A DNA stretch of 64,000 nt from NCBI RefSeq assembly GCF_009914755.1, contig NC_060932.1; one strand, 5' to 3'. Under the pieces are notes generated by a model that saw only the letters and a list, made by a program, of their open reading frames with translations, searched no databases and was not told where the DNA came from. The position numbers and the translations under genes are program-made. Positions 24,483-38,562 of the stretch are shown in pieces; within the stretch, counting starts at the first letter, position 1; the number at the start of each line of letters is the position of its first letter. Origin of the DNA: the human T2T-CHM13v2.0 reference genome, Homo sapiens.

Positions 24483-27400
24483 AGGAGGGGTCCTGCTTTG
24501 TTTTCCAGCCCTACACTCTTAGTGCAGGATTTGCGTCTGAATTTCTTACCCTTGAATTCCCCACAGAACAGAGTATCTCACATGTAACTCGTAATTCAAA
24601 GTATGTTGAATTGGAAGCAGGCAACTAAAGAGTTTAATGTAAATGCAATCACACATTTGTAGAAATTAGTTCATATGCATTCATTTATAATTAACACTGC
24701 ACTAATATTCTAAAGTACCTATTCTAAATTGCCCAAGAACTAATTAAATCTCAGAATGCCCCAGAGAGTAAAGTGTTATCAGCCACATTAATAAAAAGCC
24801 CACAACAGTTGTCAGAACAGCAGACTGATAAGGGATTATATTCTGGGACTCTGCCACCAATTCACTCCACGCTGCTAATAAAGCAGTTTTAATTATTGAT
24901 TACACCCACACTGATTCGAACCTGCTGAATGTGCTCTTCCTCGCCCTCTTCCCTTAGGCTTTCTCGCATCCTCCTATCTCTCTTACTACAGGGGAAGAAC
25001 AGGCAGGCACCTGCTTCCAGCATGTGCTCTTCCCAATAAAGAGAAACTGCCAGGAAAATAAACCTGTGAAGGGCACGAGGCCATTGTCTCACAGGTCACC
25101 CATGGCGGCCTTACATACTAACTGCAGTGATTGTCCCAGACCTCAAATGTGCCTGCATTCCCCTATCTGCAGGCTTTTGTATGAACCATCACGAGAAAAA
25201 TGCCTATTCCATCTCCTTCTCCACCTTCTCCCCCAGTCCCAAGTCATCCTCAGAGATGGAGTTCAGGGCTACCTCCTCCTTCAAGAAGCCTTCCAGGAAA
25301 CGCTCCAGCAAGTGGTCCTGCCCTGCTCCCTCTGCAGGTGGTTCACCTCACCACATTTGGTTGTCTATTTACATCACTGTCCTCCTCCCCAGGCACTCAG
25401 CTGCTCAAGGGAATAGACTTGTCTTACTCAACTTTGATCCCCAAAGTCTGACTTGGTGCCCAACAATAGCACAAGTTCAGGAAGTGGGAGAAAAAAAGAG
25501 AAGAGATTCTGCCTGCTGCAGGAGTCTCACTCAGCCCTTGACTTTAGCCAATCTCCCTGTGATGGGAAGCCTCAGCCCTAGCAGTATGTCCAGATGTACA
25601 GGCTGCTGGGCACGAGCCGTGAGCCACGCGTTCCAGTACTTCTCCGGTCTCAGGCATGGTCACCGTGAGACCGTTAATTAGAGCAAAGGCCCCCTGTGCC
25701 ATGGGCTACATCACACTGGATCAATCGTGGACCCTCCACACTGAAAATCGCTGCACTTCAGAGAGCAACTGTAGGATGAGGCCACTCCCTTTGCCTCCAG
25801 ACACCAGCCTACCACATAGTCCCTGAGAGCCAGCAGCCGCAGGGTGACCTCCAAGATGCTGAGGAAGAAAGTCTTCCTTTCACAGTTCTGCTGGGGTGGG
25901 ATTCTGCCCCTGCAAAAGGCCCTGAGTGCCCTTTGGTCATTAAGAGTCACAATAAGCAGCAGTGGGAGAGGGGGGCTGCAGTGTCAGCCCTGTTTCTATC
26001 TGACATGTCTCTCAGGAAGACATCACTGCCAACAGGACTGGAGGTTTGAATTCACACGACTCTGAAGCAGGGGAGCGTGGAGAATCGGAGGACCACCCAA
26101 TCAGCAGCAGCATCCCTGAAGACTGATGGATCCACGTGGCAAGAGCTTGAGCTGGAAAGTCCAAGGGTCCTAGACCAGAATCCCTGTTCCAACAGGTACT
26201 CTCTAGCTGGGCTTAGGCAACTTCCTTCACCTAGCAGAGCCTCAGCTTCTTCATCTAAAAAAGAGAATGGTGCCCTGCCCCAGTGGTCGAATCAGAGCAG
26301 AGACACAGTGCCCCACACAGCAGCAGAGGCAGATGGTCACACAGAAGAAGAGGCAGCGTCACTGGGGAGCCCAGCTGGGGCAGGTGAGCTTCACAATCCC
26401 TGCTGAGCCAAGAACTGGGATTCCACGGATCTCTGGGAAGTTCTGGAGGGGATGGCTCAGGGAAGTTTGGAAGTGTGTAAACACAAGTATGTAAAACTCA
26501 GCAGCCTGGTTAACACTGCAGTTTGCTCATCCAGGCCCACCTCTGGGCATGCTGGAGCTCCCCATGGGCTCAAGGCTCTGGGGCCCACACTTTCTTCCTT
26601 CTCTAAACAACTCTGATAACGTAGCTTACTGTCATTTATCTGAGCTTTTTATCTGAACTATGTAAAGTATAAGAAGCTGCTGGAGTAATAAAGGTCATAC
26701 ACAGGTACTTTCACCAGGCAGATGTTTGCCGGGACTGCCTACATTGAGGGATTGTGCATGCCATAAAGAATGAGACAGAATTCATTAGCTAGCTTTGAGG
26801 GTACAGGGGGCTTCCCAGGAAGAAAGCTCTGCCTGCACAAAAGAATCCATAAGACCAGTGGGGGCCAATGGCATACAGAGACAGTGGCCTAAGACAAAGC
26901 AGTCTCAGGACAGGGTGAGATCCATCCATGTCCAGCAAGAGCAGGGGAGGGAAAGCCACGGGAGGCCCACCGGCAGGAAGCAGCCTGACCCCATGTATTT
27001 TACACCATTCTGGGAGTGCGGGCTTATAGGGAGCAGACTCAGAAGGAGAGCGGCCAGTCTGAAGACTGTTGCAAAACTGTCTGCATTAGAGGTGATGACA
27101 GTGGACCTGGGGCAATGAGAGGAAGGAAGAAATGTTGGCAGGACTGGGGACTGAGAGATTTGCAGATGAGACAAAAGGAGGAATTCGAGATGGCTCCAAG
27201 GTTTCCAATTCAAATGGCTGCATTAGATGGCAAACAAGAGGTAACTTCCATACATAACCCTTAAGTACCAGTGAAAAAACTGATAGCTGAAGCCGAAATG
27301 TGAAAAGCAGGAGAGCAGGAGGAAAAAGAACTAAAGCATCTGCAGATTCAGAAATGCATGGGAGCAAGTATAGATGGCAGCCAGTCAGCCACAACATGTA

Positions 27401-28519
27401 CCTACCCAGGGCCTCATCTGAGTCACTGGGCCACACCACAGAGAAATACAAATGCAAGGTATAAAATAATTAACTTTGGGTTTCCCACCCATTAGATATT
27501 GTACAGTTCTTGTGTCTGCTGTATGAGAATCCATATTTTCACTCAAAAGATATTCACTGAGCACTTGCTGTGTGCCCGGCACTGTTCTGAATGCTACAGA
27601 CAGAGCCAGGAAGTGATACACCCACACAGAAAAAGTTACTTGGTCTGTTTGTGCCGAATCCACCAAGGACTAGAGTCTGGCCCTGGACTTTGGTAAAGAA
27701 AAGAGAGATGTGTCCCTATTCTGTCCACAGGGAACCAGGCCGTGGTGCAAGTGTGGATTCCTGCCTTCTCAGTTTGGAGACAAATACACACACCAGCAAT
27801 TCCAACACACCGAGGCACGTGCGCGGCACAATGAGAAGCCCAGATCTGCTGGGAAGCTGAGCACAAGGGAGGGGGACTCTGGAGCTGGGCCTGGAAAGGG
27901 GAAATAAAGCTGTGACTTGAAGACCAGCAGGAATCACTGGCACAGGAGAGGGTTGTGGCATTCCATAGAGAAGGGACAGATGACAGGATGGGGCCCCGCT
28001 GGCTCAGGGGGCTTCTGCATATGCCAGGATCATTGAAGGTCAAGCATATTCAGAGGTAAAAGGGCAAACGGACATCACAAGCAAAAAGAATGACATGTAC
28101 AAGAGATGGTGAGGGCACAGGACACTGGAGGCTTTCAGAGGTTCACTGCAGATCTGGAGGTGGGCAAAGTGGGAGAGGGTAAGAAGTCAGGGTGCAGAGC
28201 AGGCAGCGGCTAGGTCCTAAGTAACATAGCAGGTTCTTAAGGCGCTTAGGCTGTCCCTGAACAGCAGTGGGTGTCACAAAGGGGTGCGTTCAGAGTAAGG
28301 ATAAGATGAGTTCATATGTCATAAAGATGCTTAACGCTAGGGAGACAAGGTGGAAGGTGAAAGGCATACAGCCAGGGGATGCCTAGGAAAATCCACTGAA
28401 ATTCGGGAATAAAAAAGAATTCTTCTTTACCTTTCTTAACTCATCCTTTTGAAACTTACCATTATAATACCATGTGTGTATTATAACACCTATAGCATAT
28501 TAATACAGCAGTCTATGTA

Positions 28520-28735
28520 TCTGAGCCAAAAGGCCTGAGTCTACATCCCTGGTCCATTGCTTACTACAGGGTGACACTGGATAGGATGCTTGCCCCAGTT
28601 TCCTCATCCATGAAATGGGAATAAAAACAGTAACTACCTCATAGGGCTTTTATGAAGAGGAAATGAATTAATATTTGTAAGACACTCAGAAGAGAGGCAG
28701 GCCCATAGTAAGAACTCTACAGATGCTTATTGAAT
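28520..28735 (+). mobile_element. MIR
   Basis: Core cagtttcctcatccatgaaatgggaataa...ctacctcatagggc. Confidence 0.75.
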
Positions 28736-29296
28736 TTTAAAAATGCAGCTTATTACTAAATAAATATTTAATGGGGATAAATCCCCCAAAATATCTGCAA
28801 ACCACTGGTGTACACAGAGCATGAATTGGGGTAAATAGGCAGACTGGAGCTGTCACAGAGTCCACAGAAAAGATGATGGACCCACGAGGACAACAGCAGG
28901 GATAGGGGAAGGATTGAAGTGATATTCAGCAGGTAGTCAATCGACCACGGTAAGTGTCGGGATGTGACGGGGATGTTTCTGGCTGAATGGTGGGGGCCAG
29001 TCAGCAGGATGAAATAGAGGAGGATCATCAGTTGGGAGCTGGATGAGTTTCGGATTGAACACACTGCATAACTTAAACTGCCTGGGGGACACCCAAACTG
29101 AAACATGGGCAAGGAAGATATTTGCAAGACATGAGAACACAGCTGGTGGTGAAATCAGGCAAATGGATAAGAACCATGCGGCCGTCACTAGTGACGGTCA
29201 CCAAGCATTTCCAGGGCTCCCCTACCCCGAGAATAGGGCAGAACTGCACTTCTTGGGCCCTTGAACTCAGGTGGGGCCATGTGATTCCCTGCTGGC

Positions 29297-29666
29297 TGAT
29301 ATAGTTTGGATTTGTGTCTCCACCCAAATCTCATGTTGAATTGGAGGAGAGGCCTGGTGGAAGGTGATCGGATCATGGGGATGGATTTCCTCCTTACTGT
29401 TCTCATAATAGTGAGATCTGATGTTCTCATGAGATATGATGGTTTAAAAGTGTGAGGCACTTCCCCCTTCATTGACTCTCTCTCCTGCCACCATATAAAG
29501 ACGGTCCTTGCTTCCCCTTCAACTTCTGCAATGATTGTAAGTTTCCTGAGGCCTCCCAGTCATGCTTCCTGTTAAGCCTGTGGAACTGTGAATCAATTAA
29601 ACCTTTCTTCATAACTTATCCAGTCTCAGGTAGTTCTTTATAGCAGTGTGAAAACGGACTAACACA
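29297..29666 (+). mobile_element. MSTA-like solo LTR (ERVL-MaLR)
   Basis: TG...CA ends; perfect 5-bp TSD ctggc; small deletion near the 5' end. Confidence 0.85.
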
Positions 29667-31873
29667 CTGGCAAGTGAACTGTGGAGAGAAGAAATGACAG
29701 ATGCTCTTCTGAGCCAAGGTGAAACCACCCAGGCTCTCTTCCCTCCTGTACCATGACCAGCTACCTTCAAGATGGTGGCTGCTCACTCCAGCTGGGTCCC
29801 TGAGTAAGCAGAGTCCCTGAGGACCTGCAACACCGACAAGAAAGCAAACACAGGAATATAGAGCCACTGTCACTCAGGGTAGCTCTGCTATCAGGTGTAA
29901 CCAGGTCTCCCCTTAATCAGGGACAGTGACATGATAGGCAGAAGAGGGGCCACTCACAGAGCAGGCAGGCAGGAGCAGTGGCATGAACTGGGCCATGCAG
30001 AAGCCACACTCACAAGTACGCCCAAGACCAAGCACGGCTGGAGACCACTGGGTTTCCACTCACCTAGTTAGTACAGAGGAAAAAATGAGGGTTTACAGGC
30101 AGCAAAAAGAAACAGACATTACCACTATCCATCTTTCCACAGACAAATGTGGGATGTTCAGAAACACATTTTCACCTGCAAATTTTCAAACATGACTCAC
30201 TCAAAACCATTTTCAGTCATGGCAGGTATTTATCAAGCCATCTGTTTTGCTAACACAAATACAGTAGAAGGCAGAGACTTGAAACACTGTAATAAAAAAT
30301 CATCATGAAGATTACAGGTGGATCTTAAGACCATAAAATGAATGCCTTGTCTTTGACAGGAAGAATTTAATGAGAATAAGAGGAAATTTTCACAACTCTC
30401 CTTGCCTAAGATGACCCCAGAAATAACAAGCTTAGAAAAGTTCAGAAGTCACTTTTATAAATTTGACATATTGATTTCTGTAGGCTGCAAAACATTTTCA
30501 AAACACCAGCTGTTCTACATAACTACAGGAAAAAAAAATCTCTTTTCCTGGTTTCTGCTACCATTCAAATGCAGAATAAAATAAATAAATGTTGAAAACA
30601 TATCAAAAGAGTTATTTTAACTTGCCATGGTTCAGGGTAAGAAAAAGTTTATTTTGTTTTCTTCTAATTGTTTTAACAAGCTATAGAGCCAAGGTCAGTT
30701 GTTTGAAATGTCACTAGACTGCTCTTGACAGAGCACATATTAAAACAATTACTCGAGAATTTTCCAAATTGTGATATTGTGCTTGGCAAACTAGAGAACA
30801 CGGTGCAATCACATGGATGCCAGCCACAAGGCAGCTGGGCATAAGGTCATTTCTGCATATTTTAGAGCTTCAACCGTGGCTGGAAAGGAAAAAACACCCA
30901 GAGCGTCTATCTTTCCATTTGGTATTTGTTAAATTAAAGTCAATTTAGGTCATTCAAATCAATGGAATAGGAGGCCATTTTCTCTACTGCTATTCCTGGA
31001 GGAAGCCGATAATCTGATTAGAAAGGACCCTGTCTGTCTGCCATTGCTGAAGAGACTGCCTAATTATTACAGAGTAGAAAATAAGCATCAGGAATCCACA
31101 CAGGGTGCCACTTCCATCGCTTATAAGGTTAGACAAAAATATGACAGAGACATGCTGAACTGGAGAAAATCTCCATCCATGAGGTAGAAATGAGAGTGGT
31201 CTTAAGGCACAGACGTGATAGAGCAAACTGGTAACGGGGCAGGAGTCGGGAGACACGGGCCCCAACCAGCCCCAAATGAGTCATGTGACCTGATCATCAT
31301 CGCTTCTGCATCTCAAATTCTTCAGTCATAAAATTAGAACTTAGGTCTAAAAGGGGAGTTCTTTAAGCCAACCACAAAAGGTCACATACTGTGTGAGTCC
31401 ATTTACACAGTGTTCCCAAAATGACAAAATCACACAGTTGGAGAACAGGCTGGCAGCTGCTAGGCGAGGGTGACAATTGAGGGACAGGGTGCCTGGCCCT
31501 GTGACAACAGAGCAGTTCTGCCTCCTGGTGGTGAGCACAGGCCATACTTGTGAGTGGCAAATTGGCAGCAAGCCACGCGCACTCAAAGGCCAAAGTCCTG
31601 ATTCTGATACTGCGCTAGAGTTGTGTAGGGTGTAGCCACTGGGGGAGACCAGATGAGGAACACATGGGACTCTTCTGTATTATCTTTGTAGCTTCCTGTG
31701 AATTCATAATTATTTCAAAACACAAAGTTTTATTTTTTAAGGGGTTTTTGAGACTTTGAACTGCCAGATCTGTATTTTCTCCGTGGACCCTATCTATGAC
31801 TTCAAATATTTTATCTACTGAATTATATTTATTAAGATAATTCCTTTCCCTAGATTTATTGGTCAAATATATA

Positions 31874-32298
31874 CAGTTGACCCTTGAACAACATGGGTTT
31901 GAACTGCAAGGGGAAACTTATACTGAAATTTCTTCCATCTCTCCGACCTCTCCAGAAAGACCAACCCCTCCTCTTTCTCCTCAGCCTACTCAACATGAGG
32001 AGAATGAAGATGAAGATCTTTATGATGATCCACTTCCACTTAATGAACAGTAAACATATTCTCTCTTCCTTATGACTTTCTTAGTAACATTTTTGTTTCT
32101 CTAGCTTACTTTATCATAAGGAAATAGTATATAATACATATAACATACCAAATATGTGTTAATTGACTATTGGTAAGGCTTCTGGCCAACAGTAGATTAT
32201 TACTAGTTAAGTTTGAGGAGAGTCAAAAGTTATACTTGAAAATAACTGTTGACAGTGGGATGGTGCCCTTAATCCCCACCTTGTTAAAAAGTCAACTA
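31874..32298. mobile_element. Tigger2a (MER28)-like TcMar DNA transposon
   Basis: TIRs cagttgacccttgaacaa / ttgttaaaaagtcaact with TA flanks; gatgatccacttccacttaatgaa core. Confidence 0.85.
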
Positions 32299-32379
32299 TA
32301 TAACTGCCTTACTTCACAACTTACAGAAAACAAAAATGCAATGTCCAAATGAATCAAAGATATACATAAAACCATACAG

Positions 32380-33392
32380 ATAACAGAGAAACAGAAGCAT
32401 TTTTTTTAAATTGGAGGGGATATGAGGTAAATTTTGTAAACTATGATAAAAGGGCAAAAAATGTAAAAGATACATTTGACAATACGATACAAACAGTGGT
32501 GACAATACAGAAATTTAAAACTCCAGCAAAATGCAAAAGGAAAAAAAGCAATGCTACAAAGAAAATTAAAAGACAAATGACAAATTGCAGAAAATATTTT
32601 CAGCATATATGATCATTCAAAGGTATAAGTAAAGTGCATGAACACAGAATGCCCCCAATCACACAAAAAAACACAAATAACTAAAAACTGTAACAGAGAT
32701 AGCCCACTAGTGACCAAGGGGCAACAAATTAAAACAATTAAAGCAAACTGTTCACAAAAGAGACTGGCAAGGACAGAGGCTGACACAACCCAGGATGAAA
32801 AGGATAAAGGCTATCTGAGGACATGGCCCATGACGGAAAAATAATTGATACGCACATTCTACAGGGCAGTTTGACAATACGTATGCGCGTCAAAATGTAA
32901 AATATGCCCTATTTGCATTTTCCTAATGCAAAAGAAAAAAAAAAGCAATGCTACAAAGGAAACTAAAAGATACACTTACAGACTGTGTGATCTATCCAAG
33001 CGAACTGCTGAAACTATCTGTGTCTCTGTTTCCTCTTCTATAAAATGGGAATAACAATAGTGCCTACCTCTTAGCTGCTATGAGAATTAAAAGAGCTATT
33101 AGCTGTAAAACACTGAGAAACAGCAACTGCAAAATAAAAAGCACTAAAAAACAGCTCGTTAAATAAAAACTTAACAAGCATTTCATTATTAGTCATTTAA
33201 GATAATGGCATAAGTGCAAAAAATAATAATAATAAATCTGAAATGCATGCTCAGGACTGTTCACCTGAGTAGTGCTTTTTGATCAGAGAGAAAATTTTAA
33301 AACAATTCTAAATGCCCATCAACTAGAGACCAATGAAGCAAAATGAGGTATGCCCATGCATATGAAGAAATGCTGTACAGCCTTTAAAAATG
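32380..33392 (+). mobile_element. L1ME-like remnant, interrupted by a templated insertion
   Basis: Degenerate L1 3' ORF2 phrases (aaaagacaaatgacaaattg..., ctaaatgcccatcaactagagac). Confidence 0.55.
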
Positions 33393-33537
33393 ACAACAAG
33401 TAACACTGTTTTGGGTAAGGACACACAGCAAAGCGGTCAAAAGCACAGACCCTGGAGCCAGCCCACCTCGCTCACAACCAGCTCCACCACATATGGGCTG
33501 TGTGACCAAAGCCAACGGCTGAAACATCTGTGCCTTA

Positions 33538-33921
<384 letters not shown>

Positions 33922-34665
33922 TTAAGCTACCATGAGAATTAAAATGACTATTAGTTGTAAAACACTGAGAACAGCAACTGTAGCATAAAAAAGCGCTAGA
34001 AAACAGCTTGTTAAATAAAAAATATTGTCATGAAAAATTTATCTGCCACATTAGTGAGTGAAAAAAGATCACAGAATATTATGAATAATCTCAGTTCTGA
34101 AAAATACATATGGGTGTACAAAGAATGGAGGAGGGCCTTCTCTTTTTCGGTGTAACAGTCATTGACCCCAGGCAGTGAAATTTTGGAATATTTTCACTTT
34201 CTTAGTATTTTCTGTTTCATTACAGGTATTAAAAACTAAAACAAACAAAAGTAATAATATCCAATAGGCATTCTCAGACACTTCTGGAATATAAGTTGAT
34301 GTGAGCTTTCTGGGGAGAAATCTGGCAATATTAACACACTTTCCAACCCAGCAATCTGGTTCTAGGAATTTATCCTACAAAAATCATAACACAAGTCTAC
34401 AAATATGTATACATATTGACACACACACACACACATTTAGGAATAGTTATTAAAGCAGTATTTACAACAGTGAAAAATTGATAAAAACCTAAGTTTTCAT
34501 CAAGTGTACCCTGGTTGCTACAAAAAACAGAATACTTTATGTCACTGACAAATGATGCCACAGAGCCACACGGAAAGATGGTTTTGGTGAGGGTCTTGAA
34601 CATGCGGGGAGAAAGACTCTGTACTCTGCTGTGATGGGGAGACACTAAGGCACTCTGTTTTAGAG

Positions 34666-34998
34666 CAGCAGTCCCCAACTTTTTTGGCACCAGGGACTGG
34701 TTTCATGGAAGATAATTTTTCCACAGATGGCGGGGTGGGGTGGTTTGGGGATGAAACTGTTCCACCTCAGATCTCAAGCATTAGATTCTCAATAAGGAGC
34801 ACGCAACGTAGATCCCTGGCATGTGCAGTTTACAATAGGGCTCATGTTCCTATGAGAAGCGAGTGTCGCAGCTGATCTGTCAGGAGGCAGAGCTCAGGTG
34901 GTAATGCTCGCTCACCAACCACTCACCTGCTGTGCAGCCTGGTTCCTAACAGGCCACAGACCCGTACAAACCTGCGGCCCAGGGATTGGGGACCCCTG
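34666..34998. mobile_element. MER1B-like hAT-Charlie DNA transposon
   Basis: TIRs cagcagtccccaac / attggggacccctg; perfect 8-bp TSD ttttagag. Confidence 0.9.
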
Positions 34999-35430
34999 TT
35001 TTAGAGAGTTGACCCTAAGGGCAGTGCAGACTGGGGAACGGCCACAGACCCAGCTGAACTTCTGGGCCTCCAGGGTCTGTGCTGTTGACTTTGAGCCTCA
35101 AACCCAGAGCTTGACCTGAGGTCTGGAAGAATGGAAAGCAGAAAAATTTAGTGTTGCCAAAGAGCAAAGTCTCTGATTTCTAGCCACAATTGTGCAGAAA
35201 GTCCAGGAGTGTCTCAGAAGGAACCTGACAGGAAAAACCCTGTGAAGGTACAAACAAAAGGGATTCTCGAGAAGACAGCAGAAAATGATCGGAGAGAACT
35301 AGATTCTCTGAAGGGCTCAGGCAGTGCAGAAACTACAGACAGCAGAGCTGCCTCGATGGCTAGCACTGATTAAAATGCAACGTCGTTACCTAGCTGTGCC
35401 GGAGCAGGGGGCATGCATATGTATGCATGT

Positions 35431-35512
35431 GAGACAGAAAGAGAGACAGGGAGAGAGAGAGAGAGTCAGGGAGAGAGGGAGAGAGAGAGAGAGAGAGACA
35501 GGGAGAGAGAGA
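35431..35512. repeat. Degenerate (GA)n purine tract
   Basis: Direct reading. Confidence 0.9.
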
Positions 35513-37294
35513 GTGTGCATGCACGCACAAGAGGGTGGGGGAAAGACTCTGTAACCCAAATCCAGTGATTAACAAATCACTGGAAATCAGAGCTTCGGGT
35601 TCAGGGGAGGTCTATCCTAATCCTTCCTCTTTCAACCATCTCATTTCTAAAATTATCTTTATTTCCCAAAAGGACTTTAGGTTCTGAAACACGATGCAGA
35701 TTCTTCTGAAATGACAGCACTCCGGGCCTACAGCTCTCACACGGCAATTACTCAGGCTCCATTTAGGGACAGCTCCACCTCCTTTGATCCTCATGGGTTA
35801 TTTTCATGAGCCCGTGCAGCCCCACAAGGTTTTACATCATTGCCTTGAGAGTTCTTTATGAGAGGGAACAGTGTCTGGTATTTTCTACAACTTGTACAGA
35901 TGTTGGCAATGAGCCTTGGCCACCAACCTAGATGCTCCATAAATATTAGTTGATGAGTTACTCAATAATTCACCCAAACTATGATAGGGTTTTGCAAACC
36001 AAGAGTCTTGCTTATTGTAGGGAGGCATTTATGGTGAGGAATTTAAGAACAGGGGTCAGAGTAGGATGGCCTGGGTTCAAAGGCCAGGTCCCCTTACTAA
36101 CTAAAGGACCCTAAACAAATTACTTCATCTCTCAGAGTCTAAACGCCCTTATCCAGGAAGCAGGAAGGATGACAACAATACTGTATCCATGTGGTTATGA
36201 ACGGCTCACTGTAATAGCTGGCATTCACTTGGTGCTTTTGATATAGCAGGTACTACTGGAAGCACTTTCTAAGTCCTATCTTACTTAATTGTCAAAGCAA
36301 CCATAGGAGACAGGACTGCTTTTATTCCAATTTTACGGATGAGGAAACTGAGGCAAAATTAAGTTAATAAGTGCTGAAGCTGGAATGCAAACCCAGACAG
36401 CCGTAACCCAGAGCCTATGTTCTTAATGAGAACTGCTTCCCACATAACATGGTTAGCACAATACAAAACAGAAAGAACTTAAACATGGGGTACAGTTTGA
36501 AGGCTTCAAAAATGGTGCAAGGACTCAACAACAACAGAACCCACAGCAGAGGCCCTAACTGCTCCAGCGTAGCCTTGCTATTTCATTCCTCCGACGAAGG
36601 CCATCTGCAGACACACTACCCCACAGCAACTTCATTCCCTGACCACATCTATCCGCCTTTCAGCCTCTTTTAGAAGCTGCTTCAGAGCTGAAGCCTAGTC
36701 AAGAATGTATCTGAAGGAGGCACCCGATAGTCTTTATTTTCTTCAAGAATGCCCACTGAAATCTAGTCCTCAGCCAATGCTGGCCCATCGAGGTCCCTCA
36801 TAGGAGCCTTGAGGATCCTAATCTCTGCACTTTGGCCCACATGGCCCCATCCATCCACTAAGACGTCCTTCCTTCAATTCAATGCCACCCAAACTGTGAC
36901 ACCAGATTCACTCCTGACTTTCCATCAGAATGCTTTCTCCTGCTGACAATTTGTTATCGATTAACATGATGCATTTAAAACCTTGTCTTCTTTCCCAGAA
37001 CATAAGCTCAGCAAAGAGAGAGGCTGTGTTTTACCATCCCTGCAACTCTCAAAGCATCTAGCAAAGCAGTCCCCTGACCTGCATGCCATGGGCATCAACT
37101 CCCAGATGACACATTCACTTCAAAGACTACTTACGGTAGTAGTCATCATTAGGAAAATAAGCACTTTTCCAGATGGGTGAGAGCTGAATAAATATGTGCT
37201 ATTTCCAAGTAAAAACTGACCCAGTGAAACCTGATATTAGCAGATACACCTCTTCATAAGAAATTGACATGTTCAGCCCTTTGGCAGCATTTAC

Positions 37295-37546
37295 CTGCTT
37301 CTCCTTCCTCCTCACCCAAATTCAGCACGATAATGCAGATGTGCTTCCGCAGCTGGCGCGTGTTGGAGAACTTCCGACAGCACTTGCTACACTCCAAGCT
37401 GCTTGGAGGCAGGCTGTTCCCTTCCTCCGGAGCCAGCGGGCTGTCCTCAGTCGGACTCACGATGTTTTCTGCCAGCTCCTCTTCTGTGCTGGACTTCTTC
37501 GTGGACCCCTTAGGCCTGCCTCTCTTCCTCTTCATGACCAAAAACT
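37295..37546 (-). CDS. ZFAT: ZFAT coding exon 3 (252 nt, phase 1-1): AT-hook KRKRGRPKGS and finger CSKCCRKFSNTRQLRKHIC
   Basis: Acceptor tttcctctgtag|AG, donor GCAG|gtaaat; GRP AT-hook core visible in ORF 37254..37610. Confidence 0.97.
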
Positions 37547-38257
37547 CTACAGAGGAAACAAGAGGGCACAATGGAATCACGTGAGACGGCAGTGCAGGGT
37601 TCACAATCACCCTCCAAGTGTGAGGATATGTTCAGGTTTCACGTTTCATTAAAAATGAAAAGTCTAAAGTGATTCCAGACATTAACAGCTGCAAACAATT
37701 ATCGTTGGTGCTAATATCATTGCATCTGTGTACTAATGGGTAATCAATTTTCTAATGTTCTGATTCAAGACCATCAGTTTATCAGCATCGCTGTACATCT
37801 TTCTCCAGCAATGCTGACAGGATTTTAAGTTGCGGCTGTCAACCCCCCGTTCACAAATCCTGCCCCTTGTTAAGCACCATTTCCACTGAAATCCAGTTCT
37901 CAGAAACTGCTTAGGGACTCCTTTGCAAAGCGTTCTCAAAGGCTGCTGAGCTTGTCATGCCCTTAATGAGTTACAAAACTATTCAGATTATTTCAAGGAG
38001 TCATAATTATTAGAGTCAAATTGTCCTGGCAAGAAAAAGAAAAAATAATTACAATCTAAAGCCACAAATTATAGCACTAAAGACAATAACAATATTTTTC
38101 CAGTTTCCTAGCGACCTAGTGATTTTCAATGGCATGATCACAGCTGCTTTAGAGCAAGTTTAAAATCATTTTACAACTTGTGTTTCTTCTCAATTAGTGT
38201 TAATTTTTAAGGCATTCATCTCCGGAATGAAGGTGGGAATTAAGAGGGGTGAGCGGG

Positions 38258-38562
38258 GGCCAGGCGCGGTGGCTCACGCCTGTAATCCCAGCACTTTGGG
38301 AGGCCGAGGTGGGCGGATCACGAGGTCAGGAGATCGAGACTATCCTGGCTAACATGGTGAAACTCTGTCTCTACTAAAAATACAAAAAAAAAAACATTAA
38401 CCAGGCGTGGTGGCGGGCACCTGTAGTCCCAGCTACTCAGGAGGCTGAGGCAGGAGAATGGCGTGAACTGGGAGGCAGAGCTTGTAGTAAGCTGAGATCA
38501 CACTACTGCACTCCAGCCTGGGCAACAGAGCGAGACTCCATCTCAAATAAAAAAAAAAAAAG
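38258..38562 (+). mobile_element. AluY-like
   Basis: cggatcacgaggtcaggagatcgagac, gagaatggcgtgaac; TSD aaga(g/t)gggtgagc. Confidence 0.92.
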
